Shown: positions 63,720 through 64,000 of the stretch, piece by piece
Numbering within the stretch: position 1 is the first letter of the stretch
How the letters are laid out: the number at the start of each line of letters is the position of its first letter
Source: Azolla caroliniana
Lineage: Eukaryota > Plantae > Polypodiophyta
Direction: 5' to 3'
Length of the DNA: 64,000 nucleotides
Assembly: GCA_043228905.1 (NCBI GenBank)
Contig: JBHGNT010000015.1
Span: forward strand, 10,602,001 to 10,666,000
Notes under the pieces: generated by a model
What the model was told of the DNA's origin: nothing
Seen by the model: only the letters and a program-made list of their open reading frames with translations
Databases searched by the model: none
Made by a program: the position numbers and the translations under genes

Positions 63720-64000
63720 GAGTTCTCTTGAAGCCCCGATTTGCTTCTTATAGGCTGCACCCTAACATGCCTCCCCATGTGGGATATACGTATAATCATC
63801 TCAACATTTAAGCAAACTTTGGTCCTCTCATTGCATCGAAACCACCTTAGCCAATCCTAGGGACCACATTTGACACTTGTTGTTTTGGTTGTAGCCACCT
63901 TATTATCCATCCCTATACCAAGTCGGGATATACATACTCTCCCATCGCCAGGTGCACCTTATAGGTGCGATTCGTTATTGGTGGTTATAAGCCCCCATAT

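Larger units (their letters stand above)
56537..64000. repeat. 3,301-bp tandem array (2.26 units visible; starts 56537, 59838, 63139), one U2 and one U1 per unit
   Basis: All ORF-track entries recur at +3301; only a few SNPs seen between units; continues past the window end. Confidence 0.97.

Overview
Eukaryotic land-plant nuclear DNA with no intact host protein-coding gene. A non-seed plant such as a fern or lycophyte is likely, inferred from a Tcn1-like chromovirus and a plastid atpA fragment with 'IIRKQ'. Bases 1-39.8 kb are a deeply nested retrotransposon pile: an L1-like LINE, several Ty1/copia and Ty3/gypsy elements, non-autonomous derivatives and solo LTRs, most with readable TSD, PBS and PPT. 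Bases 40.6-64 kb are a spliceosomal snRNA gene cluster. It has a convergent U2/U1 pair, a U4 gene, a decayed inverted copy of the U1/U2 pair, and the start of a near-identical 3,301-bp tandem array carrying one U2 and one U1 per unit. Highlights: (i) a TSD-flanked three-LTR insertion with a ~640-bp LTR palindrome whose loop is a tRNA-primer copy; (ii) all U1/U2/U4 promoters have the short USE-TATA spacing that marks Pol III genes in angiosperms; (iii) all U2 copies carry a non-canonical Sm site; (iv) a U1 copy lacks precisely its 5' splice-site-pairing end; (v) a self-priming chromovirus has a tRNA-like A/B-box module in its LTR. Coordinates were read by eye and may be off by a few bases.
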